Shown one piece after another: positions 18,505-26,526 of a DNA stretch of 64,000 bases. The DNA lies in assembly GCA_963706955.1 (NCBI GenBank), contig CAVPOC010000003.1, positions 544,001 through 608,000 of the forward strand, written 5' to 3'. Origin of the DNA: an uncultured Verrucomicrobiae bacterium (GTDB taxonomy: Bacteria > Verrucomicrobiota > Verrucomicrobiia > Chthoniobacterales > Terrimicrobiaceae). Positions within the stretch are counted from its first letter, which is position 1. Each line of letters starts with the position of its first letter. The notes under the pieces were generated by a model that worked only from the letters and a program-made list of their open reading frames with translations, did not search any database and was not told where the DNA came from. A program made the translations under genes and the position numbers.

Positions 18505-20187
18505 TTAGAAAGTCGCGGCTTCCCGCATGCCGGCTTTCTTCGCTTTAATATTGATCAGAAACTGACCAGCGACAAACAAAGCCAGAACGATTAGGATCGC
18601 TGAGAAGACGCTGTTGAGCAGGGACGCGTCAAAGCCAGCCGCCTGTTGATAGCTGGCATAGCTAATCTTGATCAGAGCCCACAGCGTTATGATCAGAACA
18701 AAGATTAACGGCACCAATGTGAAGGCTATCGGCTTGCCACTTTGCCTGAGCCACATTGTAACCGAGAGGAGCGTCAGCGCGGCCAGGAGCTGGTTCGAGG
18801 CGCCGAAAAGGGTCCAGAACTTGATCCAAGAACCTTCTCCCGCCATCGAGAGAATCAATGCCGGCGCCCCGACCGTGAGCAGGGTAGCGATGGCGGCCCC
18901 AGGCAGCGTCTTCATTCCAGTGAGTTCTTGAATCAAATAACGGCCCAGCCTGGTGGCGACGTCGATGGTATCGAAGACGAATGTCGAAAAAGCCATGGCA
19001 CCAAAGGTGATCGCAAACGGCAAATGCTCCTTACCTATGATTAAGGTAAGAAATTCGCCAAGGCCGTTGCCATAGATGGTCCCGGGCTTGAGTCCGCGCA
19101 CCTGATCGGCTGACATGATCATGACGGCCGAAAGCGCGAGCACGGCAACCAGGCCCTCGGCGAGCATGGCCCCGTAACCGATACTATGCATGTCGGATTC
19201 CTTATCGATCTGTTTGCAGGTGGTGCCGGAACACACCAGACCGTGAAAACCTGAGCATGCCCCGCACGCGATCGTTACGAAAAGGAACGGGAAGAGCGAC
19301 CCCGTGAGACCGCCAACTTCCCAGCCTTTGAAGGCAGGCTGTTGAATCGTATAGCCGCCAAAGAAAACACCGATCAACCCAATCGCCAGCGCAGAATAAA
19401 GGACAAATCCACCAAGATAGCCACGCGGCTGCAAGAGAAGCCAGACCGGACAGATCGAAGCCAGGAAACAATAGCCGCAGATCAGGAGCGCCCAAGTCTT
19501 CGCGTCGAATGAGAACAAAGTGGAAAACCATGTCCCCATCCAAACGACCCCAAAAGTCGCAGGAACAAATATTAACGTCAGCAGCCACAAAGGCGGATCG
19601 AACAATTTTTTCGTTACCCCCATGACGACTGCGAGAAGGAGGTAGAAAATACTTGCGGCGGCCACGGCCCCGCCGGGATTGAAATTAATTTTGGCTCCTT
19701 TGAGCTCATCGGTCACTGCGACAAAGCTGCTCGCGGTGATGTCCGCGAAGGCGACGATCACGTAGATCAAGGCGATCCAAATGAAGGCCATCATCGCCCG
19801 GCCGGCAGGCGAGCTGATCCGCTCCTTAGCCACCTCGGCGATGGAACAGGCACCGTGCCGCACGCTCGCGGCCAGACTCATGAAATCGTGGACAGCCCCG
19901 ATCAAAACGACCCCAAGTGCAATCCACAGCAGGCAAGGGAGCCAGCCGAATGCCAGACATGCCGCGATCGGTCCCGCGATCGGACCCGCCGCGGCTATCG
20001 CCGAAAAATGCTGGCCAAAAAGGTAAAACGTTTTCGTGGGGACGAAGTCTTCGTCGTCATTGACCTTGTGCGCGGGAGTGATCCTCGTGTCGTCGAGCGC
20101 CAGAACCTTTGAGATCCACCGACCATAAGAAAAATAGGCGACACTGATCAGGACCAAGAAAACAGCTGCAATACCCGCAATGCTCAT
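18505..20187 (-). CDS. cstA: Carbon starvation protein A family transporter
   Basis: GQHFSAIAAAGPI.GP, TIACGACSGFH and LFGASNQLLA motifs. Confidence 0.9.
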   Translation of the reverse strand: MSIAGIAAVFLVLISVAYFSYGRWISKVLALDDTRITPAHKVNDDEDFVPTKTFYLFGQHFSAIAAAGPIAGPIAACLAFGWLPCLLWIALGVVLIGAVHDFMSLAASVRHGACSIAEVAKERISSPAGRAMMAFIWIALIYVIVAFADITASSFVAVTDELKGAKINFNPGGAVAAASIFYLLLAVVMGVTKKLFDPPLWLLTLIFVPATFGVVWMGTWFSTLFSFDAKTWALLICGYCFLASICPVWLLLQPRGYLGGFVLYSALAIGLIGVFFGGYTIQQPAFKGWEVGGLTGSLFPFLFVTIACGACSGFHGLVCSGTTCKQIDKESDMHSIGYGAMLAEGLVAVLALSAVMIMSADQVRGLKPGTIYGNGLGEFLTLIIGKEHLPFAITFGAMAFSTFVFDTIDVATRLGRYLIQELTGMKTLPGAAIATLLTVGAPALILSMAGEGSWIKFWTLFGASNQLLAALTLLSVTMWLRQSGKPIAFTLVPLIFVLIITLWALIKISYASYQQAAGFDASLLNSVFSAILIVLALFVAGQFLINIKAKKAGMREAATF

Positions 20188-20327
20188 TGCCTAAAAGGAA
20201 ACAAAGATGGGAATGATTATAAAGGGAGGACGAGGACGACTTAGCAATCGTCTTTTCACTTCTTCCTTCTGGATTCTCTTTCCATACTTTATTCGTCCAT
20301 ACATGGAATCTCAATCTTGTAGTCTCG

Positions 20328-21683
20328 GTGGGTGATCTGCAAATGAAGCCCCCAATGCACGACGCAGCGATGCGCAAGGCGGAGAGTGGAAAGAAGGCGG
20401 TCAATACTCCTCAACAGGTGCTGTTTGCCAGCTTGATCGGGACGGCCATCGAGTTTTTCGACTTTTACATCTATGCCACCGCAGCGGTGCTGGTCTTCCC
20501 AAGCCTCTTTTTCCCTGGCTCGGATCCGACGACGGCCATGTTATCTTCGCTGGCGACTTTCGGGCTCGCCTTTTTCGCGCGACCGATCGGCTCAGCGCTT
20601 TTCGGCCATTTTGGAGATCGGGTGGGGCGCAAAACGACCCTGGTCGCATCGCTGCTGACTATGGGGATTTCCACCGTTCTCATCGGATTGTTACCGACCT
20701 ATCATGCCGTCGGGTTGGCCGCTCCAGTGCTCCTGGCGCTTTGTCGGCTCGGTCAGGGTCTTGGCCTCGGCGGGGAATGGGGTGGCGCGGTGCTCTTAGC
20801 CACCGAGAACGCACCGCCCGGAAAGCGCGCCTGGTACGGCATGTTCCCGCAGCTCGGTGCGCCCTTGGGTTTTCTGTTTTCAGGCGGCGTTTTCGTGCTG
20901 CTCTCCGAATGGCTTTCCGACGAGCAGTTCTTCGCGTTTGGATGGCGAATTCCTTTTCTCGCCAGCGCGGTCCTCGTCGTGATTGGGCTCTATGTCCGTC
21001 TCAAAATCAGCGAAACGCCAGTCTTCCGGGAAGCCATCGTTCGCGAAGAACGGGTAAAGGTCCCGATGGTGACGGTCTTTCGCGACTATCCAGGAACCCT
21101 CGTTCTTGGCACCCTCATATCGCTGACGGCGTTTGTTCTCTTTTATCTGGTGACAGTTTTTGCGCTGTCTTGGGGCACCAGGAAACTCGGTTATACACGC
21201 GAGGAGTTCCTCCTTATCCAACTCTTCGGCATCCTCTTCTTCGCGCTGACGATTCCATGGTCGGCGAAGCTGGCTGAACACGGTCGCAGGAAGATGCTGA
21301 TGATGGTCAATGCAGCGATTTTTGTCTTCGGTCTGTTCATGGCGCCGATGTTAAACGCTGGGTTGATCGGAACGATTGCGGCGGTTGTAGTTGGAATGTC
21401 GTTAATGGGATTGGTCTACGGACCGCTGGGAACAGTGCTCTCCGAGCTCTTCCCCACGGCCGTCCGTTACACAGGCAGTTCGCTGACGTTCAACCTGGCG
21501 GGCATCTTTGGCGCGTCGCTCACCCCTTACGCCGCGACGTGGCTCGCCACCACTTACGGGCTGCAGGCGGTCGGTTACTATCTTTCGGGATCGACGATCC
21601 TTTCGCTGATCGGGCTCGCCTTGGCACGCGAGACGAAAGATGAATCGCTTTCGGCGCCGATCGCGGAAGCTGCCAGAGATTAG
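20328..21683 (+). CDS. MFS metabolite:H+ symporter (MHS/ShiA-like)
   Basis: IEFFDFYIY, FGHFGDRVGRK, GGEWGGA and ELFPT.VRYTG motifs; start may be 20343 or 20370. Confidence 0.92.
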   Translation: MGDLQMKPPMHDAAMRKAESGKKAVNTPQQVLFASLIGTAIEFFDFYIYATAAVLVFPSLFFPGSDPTTAMLSSLATFGLAFFARPIGSALFGHFGDRVGRKTTLVASLLTMGISTVLIGLLPTYHAVGLAAPVLLALCRLGQGLGLGGEWGGAVLLATENAPPGKRAWYGMFPQLGAPLGFLFSGGVFVLLSEWLSDEQFFAFGWRIPFLASAVLVVIGLYVRLKISETPVFREAIVREERVKVPMVTVFRDYPGTLVLGTLISLTAFVLFYLVTVFALSWGTRKLGYTREEFLLIQLFGILFFALTIPWSAKLAEHGRRKMLMMVNAAIFVFGLFMAPMLNAGLIGTIAAVVVGMSLMGLVYGPLGTVLSELFPTAVRYTGSSLTFNLAGIFGASLTPYAATWLATTYGLQAVGYYLSGSTILSLIGLALARETKDESLSAPIAEAARD

Positions 21684-21727
21684 AGGACCTGCGGGGGCGC
21701 GAAAGCTGAGCGTCCCCGGCTGACGCT

Positions 21728-21786
21728 TGTAGAGGCCCTTGTGTCAAGGGCCTGTGGTCGGGCGGTTGAAACAACCGCCTCTATAA
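21728..21786. repeat. GTAG-type REP doublet (family B)
   Basis: TGTAGAGGCCCTTGTGTCAAGGGCC...GGCGGTTGAAACAACCGCCTCTA; related copies at 42040 and 59776. Confidence 0.7.
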
Positions 21787-21910
21787 CGCCGAAACGAACC
21801 AAGCGCGACTGCGATCCCAATTTGCTGCGAGCTGACCCGAGTGGTTGGCTCGGACATTTGCCTCCGCCGTGGAGCTCGCTAAATTGAATTTGAAGAATCC
21901 GCAGGGTCAT

Positions 21911-22360
21911 ATGAAAGCGCGTATTCTCTTCTGGCTGGGTTGCGTTGTTCTCGGGGGTTGCAACGAACCGAAGGTCTCGTCCGACGAACGCGAGAATCCC
22001 GCGCCGGCACCGTCGACCGGATCGCTCTATCTGGCGCGTCGCGTGGCGGTCGCAACCGAGGAAAGCCTCTACGGTCTCAAAGCGGGCATGGAGCTCAAGG
22101 TCATCGAAACGCGCCCGGAGGGCTTCTTGGTAGAAGCCGAGGGTATGCGGTTTGAGATCGACGCCCGAGACACGACACGCGATCGGGACTTGGCAGAGAC
22201 ACTTCTTGCTCGTGAGCAGCCAGGAGAGCCCACCCGACAGTCCGCGATCACAGAGCACTGGCAGATCGAAGACCGCAAATTTCTCGCTGAGGAAAACATC
22301 CGGCGTTCCGCTGAGGAAGCTCATTTGCGCAAGCCGGCCAATCAGCCAAGAGCGCATTAG
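21911..22360 (+). CDS. Hypothetical lipoprotein
   Basis: MKAR plus hydrophobic stretch plus LGGC lipobox. Confidence 0.7.
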   Translation: MKARILFWLGCVVLGGCNEPKVSSDERENPAPAPSTGSLYLARRVAVATEESLYGLKAGMELKVIETRPEGFLVEAEGMRFEIDARDTTRDRDLAETLLAREQPGEPTRQSAITEHWQIEDRKFLAEENIRRSAEEAHLRKPANQPRAH

Positions 22361-22388
22361 ACGACTTAGAAAGCGCTTGCCTTATCGA

Positions 22389-22519
22389 TGTAGCAGCGGT
22401 CGCCCCACTGTCGAAAATCGTCCCGGCGATGGGGAGGCGCCTATGCGGTCCGCTCCAGAAGAGCCACCCTCGACCGCGGGCCCACCCAGGCGCGCCCTGG
22501 CGGGGAGACGATCGCGACA
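22389..22519. repeat. Degenerate family-A REP-related element
   Basis: Starts TGTAGC; the 3' part GGGCCCACC.AGGCGCGCCCTGGCGGGGA recurs at ~32919-32960. Confidence 0.6.
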
Positions 22520-22553
22520 ATTGCGTGATGCTTTTTTGCAAGCGATGGTTCGC

Positions 22554-22580
22554 TGTCCAAAAAGTCTGCGTCGGTTCGTC
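22554..22580 (+). promoter_or_regulatory. Putative ECF-sigma promoter (TGTCC-N15-GTTCGTC)
   Basis: About 150 bp upstream of the VOC gene at 22733; third copy of the motif. Confidence 0.5.
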
Positions 22581-22732
22581 TTACCTTTATATCCCAACAG
22601 GAGACGTGGCGTGAGTCCTCAAAACGATTGCTACAATCTTCGGCTCGGCCGTTCCAAGGACTCCGCCGAGATGGTCTCCGTTTCTTGAAATCAAACAACC
22701 GCTAAAAATACAGACCACAACACACAAAGAAA

Positions 22733-23140
22733 ATGCCCACGCAAATCTTCGTCAATCTGCCCGTCAAGGACCTCGCGAAGTCCATCGCCTTCTTTCAGAG
22801 CCTCGGTTTTTCTTCCAATCCACAATTCACTGACGAGACGGCTGCTTGCATGGTCGTGAGCGGAGACATCTATGTCATGCTGCTCACCAATGCGAAGTTC
22901 AAGGAATTCACCCCCAAAGAAGTTTGTGATGCCACCAAATGCACCGAAGTCCTCGTGGCGCTGTCATGCGAAGGCCGGGCGGCCGTGGACGAATTCGTTC
23001 GCAAGGCGGTTGCCGCCGGAGGCAGCACCTATAGCGACCCGAAGGATTATGGCTTCATGTACGCCCATGGATTTCAGGATCCAGATGGCCACATGTGGGA
23101 AGTCTTCCACATGGAGTCGATGCCGCCACAAGCCGCGTAA
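22733..23140 (+). CDS. VOC/glyoxalase-family protein
   Basis: IFVNLPVKDL.KS..FF, NPQFTDE and FQDPDGH.WE motifs. Confidence 0.92.
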   Translation: MPTQIFVNLPVKDLAKSIAFFQSLGFSSNPQFTDETAACMVVSGDIYVMLLTNAKFKEFTPKEVCDATKCTEVLVALSCEGRAAVDEFVRKAVAAGGSTYSDPKDYGFMYAHGFQDPDGHMWEVFHMESMPPQAA

Positions 23141-23212
23141 CGGTTCAATTTTTCGAAGCAACACCCCAGGCCTGAAAGACACTCAGCTTTGTGCGATGGT
23201 GGCAGAGAGACC

Positions 23213-23707
23213 ATGATCTCGACGAGCGGCCTGAACTATGCCTTGACACTCTTGACCGCGCTTGGCTGCGGCACAATCGCGGGCGTGTTTTTCGCTTTCT
23301 CCACCTTTGTCATGAAGGCGCTGGCGCGACTTCCGCCTGAGGACGGCATCGCCGCCATGCAATCGATCAATGTTTTCGCAATCAACTCCTGGTTCCTCGT
23401 CGCCTTTCTGGGCACCGCCGGTTTCTGTGTTGCCACTGTAATCGCCGCAATCGTCCAGTGGAGCGAGCCGTTCGCCATCTTCCTGGTGCTGGGTGGAGTG
23501 ATCTATTTGGCAGGTTGTTTCGCCGTTACGATGCTCTTCAATGTGCCAATGAACGAGGCTCTGGCGGCACTCCCGCCAACCGCGCCCGACCGAACCGCCC
23601 GCTGGGCGAATTACGTCAGCGGCTGGACAACGTGGAACCACGTGCGCACCGCCGCCTCTCTCTTGGCGGCCGCGTTGCTGGCGATCGGGCTGAGCAAAAT
23701 CGCCTGA
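23213..23707 (+). CDS. DUF1772/anthrone oxygenase-family membrane protein
   Basis: GVFFAFSTFVM.AL, MQSIN, NVPMN.AL and WT.WNHVR motifs. Confidence 0.88.
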   Translation: MISTSGLNYALTLLTALGCGTIAGVFFAFSTFVMKALARLPPEDGIAAMQSINVFAINSWFLVAFLGTAGFCVATVIAAIVQWSEPFAIFLVLGGVIYLAGCFAVTMLFNVPMNEALAALPPTAPDRTARWANYVSGWTTWNHVRTAASLLAAALLAIGLSKIA

Positions 23708-23812
23708 GCCCGCACTTCGTCGTCGTGACGGCTTTTTCCGCGAGCGGATTCATGTAGAAAAGTTCACCCTCAGGAGACCCGCTGGCGCTCCGAACTGCGA
23801 ATTCTAAATAGC

Positions 23813-24055
23813 ATGAAAACCGGTTGCCTGATTCAGGATCTACGTAGAATCGACCTCAATAATCTCGTCACCTCGAACGAAGGCGGCTCGTTCATCATCG
23901 GCGAGGTGACGAATCCGAATGTCTCCCCCAGCGTCGGAGACGCCAGTCTAGTCATCGAAGGCGAGGAATTCCATGGCGATGTCGTTCGCTACACAGGATC
24001 ACAAGTCGTCTTCGAGCCGAGCAGCTTTGACGAAATCGCCAAAAAGCTTGCTTGA
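23813..24055 (+). CDS. Small hypothetical protein
   Basis: 80-aa ATG ORF with protein-like composition; no family recognised. Confidence 0.5.
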   Translation: MKTGCLIQDLRRIDLNNLVTSNEGGSFIIGEVTNPNVSPSVGDASLVIEGEEFHGDVVRYTGSQVVFEPSSFDEIAKKLA

Positions 24056-24230
24056 ACTGCGCAAGGGAGACTTGGGTTCAACGTGAGTTGACATCCTTTC
24101 CCTTGGTCGCAGGCGGGGAGAGCGGCCAAGGCGCCGGACTGAGCAGCTAAGCGCCGGTAAGGGCACGCACGATCAGGAAGTCCCTTGTCCGGCACCGTTG
24201 ATGGCTGTAGGTTGAGCCACCAAGGCGCTT

Positions 24231-24458
24231 ATGACTGAGGAAGATTCGTCAAGCTCGGCAGAACGGTCTTATGTCGATCAAGAAGCCGAGATTGCGGCCC
24301 TTGCATATCGTTTTTACGAAGAAGAAGGCCGTCCTGAGGGTCGGGCGGGTGATCATTGGTTGCGCGCCGAGCGGGAAATCGGCAAACCAGATCGACCGGC
24401 CAGTCTAAACCCCTCCCAAGTTGACCAGGTTTTCGGCGATCACGGCGGAGAACGTTGA
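24231..24458 (+). CDS. DUF2934-domain protein
   Basis: IA.LAY..YEEEGRPEG.A.DHWL.AE motif. Confidence 0.85.
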   Translation: MTEEDSSSSAERSYVDQEAEIAALAYRFYEEEGRPEGRAGDHWLRAEREIGKPDRPASLNPSQVDQVFGDHGGER

Positions 24459-24519
24459 CCGGACGCCCTAACCCCCTACGCGGCTCGCACCCATCCAAGC
24501 TTCGTGACAACTTCGACAG

Positions 24520-24703
24520 CAGCGGGACGACTCGCACTTAACCCGACGCGAATTCGTGAAACTGGCTGCAGCGACGACTGTTGTGGTCGGCGCTGGATCG
24601 CTGGCCTCTGCTGGGACAAGCAACGGCGGGATGCCCTATCGCAGCTTGGGTGCACCGGCGAGCGGATATCCGCCATCGGTCTGGGAGGCTATCACATCGG
24701 CAT
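24520..24703 (+). pseudogene. 5' fragment of a Tat-signal aldo/keto reductase
   Basis: TRREFVKLAAA...MPYRSLG, then a frame change to TGERISAIGLGGYHIG; ends abruptly at the tRNA-derived repeat; start approximate. Confidence 0.7.
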
Positions 24704-24714
24704 GCGCTCGCGCG

Positions 24715-24870
24715 GGTAGTCGAACCAAGGTTCGAATCTTTCGCTTCGCGAAACTCCACCAAAAATTGGTGGAGCCTAGGGGATTATCCTGACTGCGTCG
24801 GGCTCTACGAAATTGGCTTCGCCCAAAGATGCGCTATCGCGCAAGGTAGTCGAACCGAGGTTCGAATCTT
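24715..24870. repeat. tRNA-Ala-linked repeat containing a duplicated tRNA 3' end
   Basis: 24750-24785 is identical to 26138-26173 and includes 19 bp of the tRNA 3' end; GGTAGTCGAACC(A/G)AGGTTCGAATCTT at 24715-24740 and 24845-24870. Confidence 0.85.
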
Positions 24871-26137
24871 GGCTCTCCATCAAAAAGTGGGGACATGGGG
24901 TCAATAGAAGACCACCATGCCCCCTGTGTGTGATATCGGATTAAGAGGCTACCGCGTCTTGCGGAGTGAAAGCAACCAACAAGTGTTTGTGCATTTGGAA
25001 CTGGAAAGGGAACCCGATTGCTGTCGGTGCTGTGCGAGCCCTCGCATCGTCGCTAAGGGGAGATATCGACGGCGCGCTCGGCATCTGAACTCCTTTGGGC
25101 TGCCGAGCCTTCTTCATATCGAGACTCGGCGCTTCGAGTGCCGGGCCTGCGGTCGCAGCTTCCTGCCTGAGACGCCCGGTTTACGGCCCTGGAAGCGCAG
25201 CACCGAGCCGTGGCGACAGAAGGTCTACAGCCAGCATCACGAAGGCATTTGTGCCTCGGCTCTGGCGCGTCTCATGAAGTTGGGCAGCGCCACCGTGGAG
25301 CGCATCTATGCGGAATTTACCTCGCGGAAGGCCAGAGAACGTTTAAGCCTTCAATGCCCTCAGGTTCTCGGCATCGACGAGCACACCCTTCACAAAAGGC
25401 AGCGCTTTGCCACCACCTTCTGCGACCTGAAGAACCACCGTGTCTTTGATATCGTGGCGGGGCGCAGTCCAAGAGCTCTGCGCTCCTTTCTGGCTGCTCT
25501 CCAAGGCAGAGAGAAGGTGCGGGTAGTTTGCATCGATCTCTCAAGTCCTTATCGCAGCCTGATTGGTTCTTACTTTCCCAGAGCCAAGATCGTTGCCGAT
25601 CGCTTTCATGTCATCCGCCTCGTCACCCAGCACTTCCTGGAGTTAGCCCGCCAGATTGCCCCTTCAATCAGGAACCACCGCGGCTCTCTGGGGGCCTTGC
25701 GAAAACGAGAGGACAACCTCGCGGCTACTGACTGCCTGCGCCTCAAGGCCTCTTTGCCAAATACCCTGCTCTCCAACCCCTCTATGACGCCATGCATCGG
25801 CTCCGCGCTCTCCTCAATATTAAGCATCAAACCAAGCGGGCTTGCTCGTCCTCTGGCTAAGAAACTGCTCGACTTTATCGATGAGCTCAAAGCCAGTTGC
25901 TTCTCCTCGATGTTGACTTTGGCTGAGACCTTATCGCGTTGGAGAGAACCTTTGGCGGCCATGTGGCGCTTTACCAAAAACAATGCCATTACCGAAGGCT
26001 TCCATCGCAAAATGAAACTCATCCAACGCCGTGCTTACGGCTTTAAAAACTTCTCCAACTACCGCCTTCGCGTTATCGCTCAATGCGGATAAAAAACCAA
26101 CCAAACCTACCCCGTCCCCAAAGTTTGGTGGAGACCC
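24871..26137 (+). mobile_element. ISL3-family insertion sequence, 1267 bp
   Basis: 24-bp imperfect IRs GGCTCTCCATCAAAAAGTGGGGAC and GGGTCTCCACCAAACTTTGGGGAC (19/24) around the transposase. Confidence 0.9.
24917..26092 (+). CDS. ISL3-family transposase
   Basis: N-terminal Zn finger; LGIDE, CIDLS..Y, ADRFHV and TEGFH.K.K.I.RRAYGF.NF.NYRLR motifs; apparent compensating frameshifts at ~25748 and ~25846. Confidence 0.93.
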   Translation: MPPVCDIGLRGYRVLRSESNQQVFVHLELEREPDCCRCCASPRIVAKGRYRRRARHLNSFGLPSLLHIETRRFECRACGRSFLPETPGLRPWKRSTEPWRQKVYSQHHEGICASALARLMKLGSATVERIYAEFTSRKARERLSLQCPQVLGIDEHTLHKRQRFATTFCDLKNHRVFDIVAGRSPRALRSFLAALQGREKVRVVCIDLSSPYRSLIGSYFPRAKIVADRFHVIRLVTQHFLELARQIAPSIRNHRGSLGALRKREDNLAATDCLRLKASLPNTLLSNPSMTPCIGSALSSILSIKPSGLARPLAKKLLDFIDELKASCFSSMLTLAETLSRWREPLAAMWRFTKNNAITEGFHRKMKLIQRRAYGFKNFSNYRLRVIAQCG

Positions 26138-26154
26138 GAAACTCCACCAAAAAT

Positions 26155-26230
26155 TGGTGGAGCCTAGGGGATTCGAACCCCTGACCTCCTCAATGCCATT
26201 GAGGCGCTCTACCAACTGAGCTAAGACCCC
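26155..26230 (-). tRNA. tRNA-Ala(GGC)
   Basis: GGGGTCTTAGCTCAGTTGGTAGAGCGCCTCAATGGCATTGAGGAGGTCAGGGGTTCGAATCCCCTAGGCTCCACCA; cloverleaf, G3:U70 pair, encoded CCA. Confidence 0.97.
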
Positions 26231-26526
26231 GTCGCTATCGCAACCGAGTATTATTGCGTGAACATCGGCCTCCGCAAGAGCCATTTGTCGCTGCTTTTTC
26301 GATCTGTGAAAATCGGCGAAATCAGTGGACGAAATTTCCGCGCGTGCCTGGCATCAGCCATCAGCTATCAACCATGAACCCGTTTCTATCGCTTGCCGTC
26401 CCCCGTTGGGCAATTCAGTATCGCTCACGGATCGCAGCTTGTGGCACTAACACGGGATCGAATCAACGCGCTTACTGAAACGGGGGATCGCACGCCTTCA
26501 GGAGCAGACACGTCGGGAGCGCCGAC

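Noticed and set aside
23700..26230. Intact genomic island or prophage at tRNA-Ala
   Set aside because: The duplicated tRNA end is only ~130 bp from the tRNA once the IS is removed; no integrase or phage genes.
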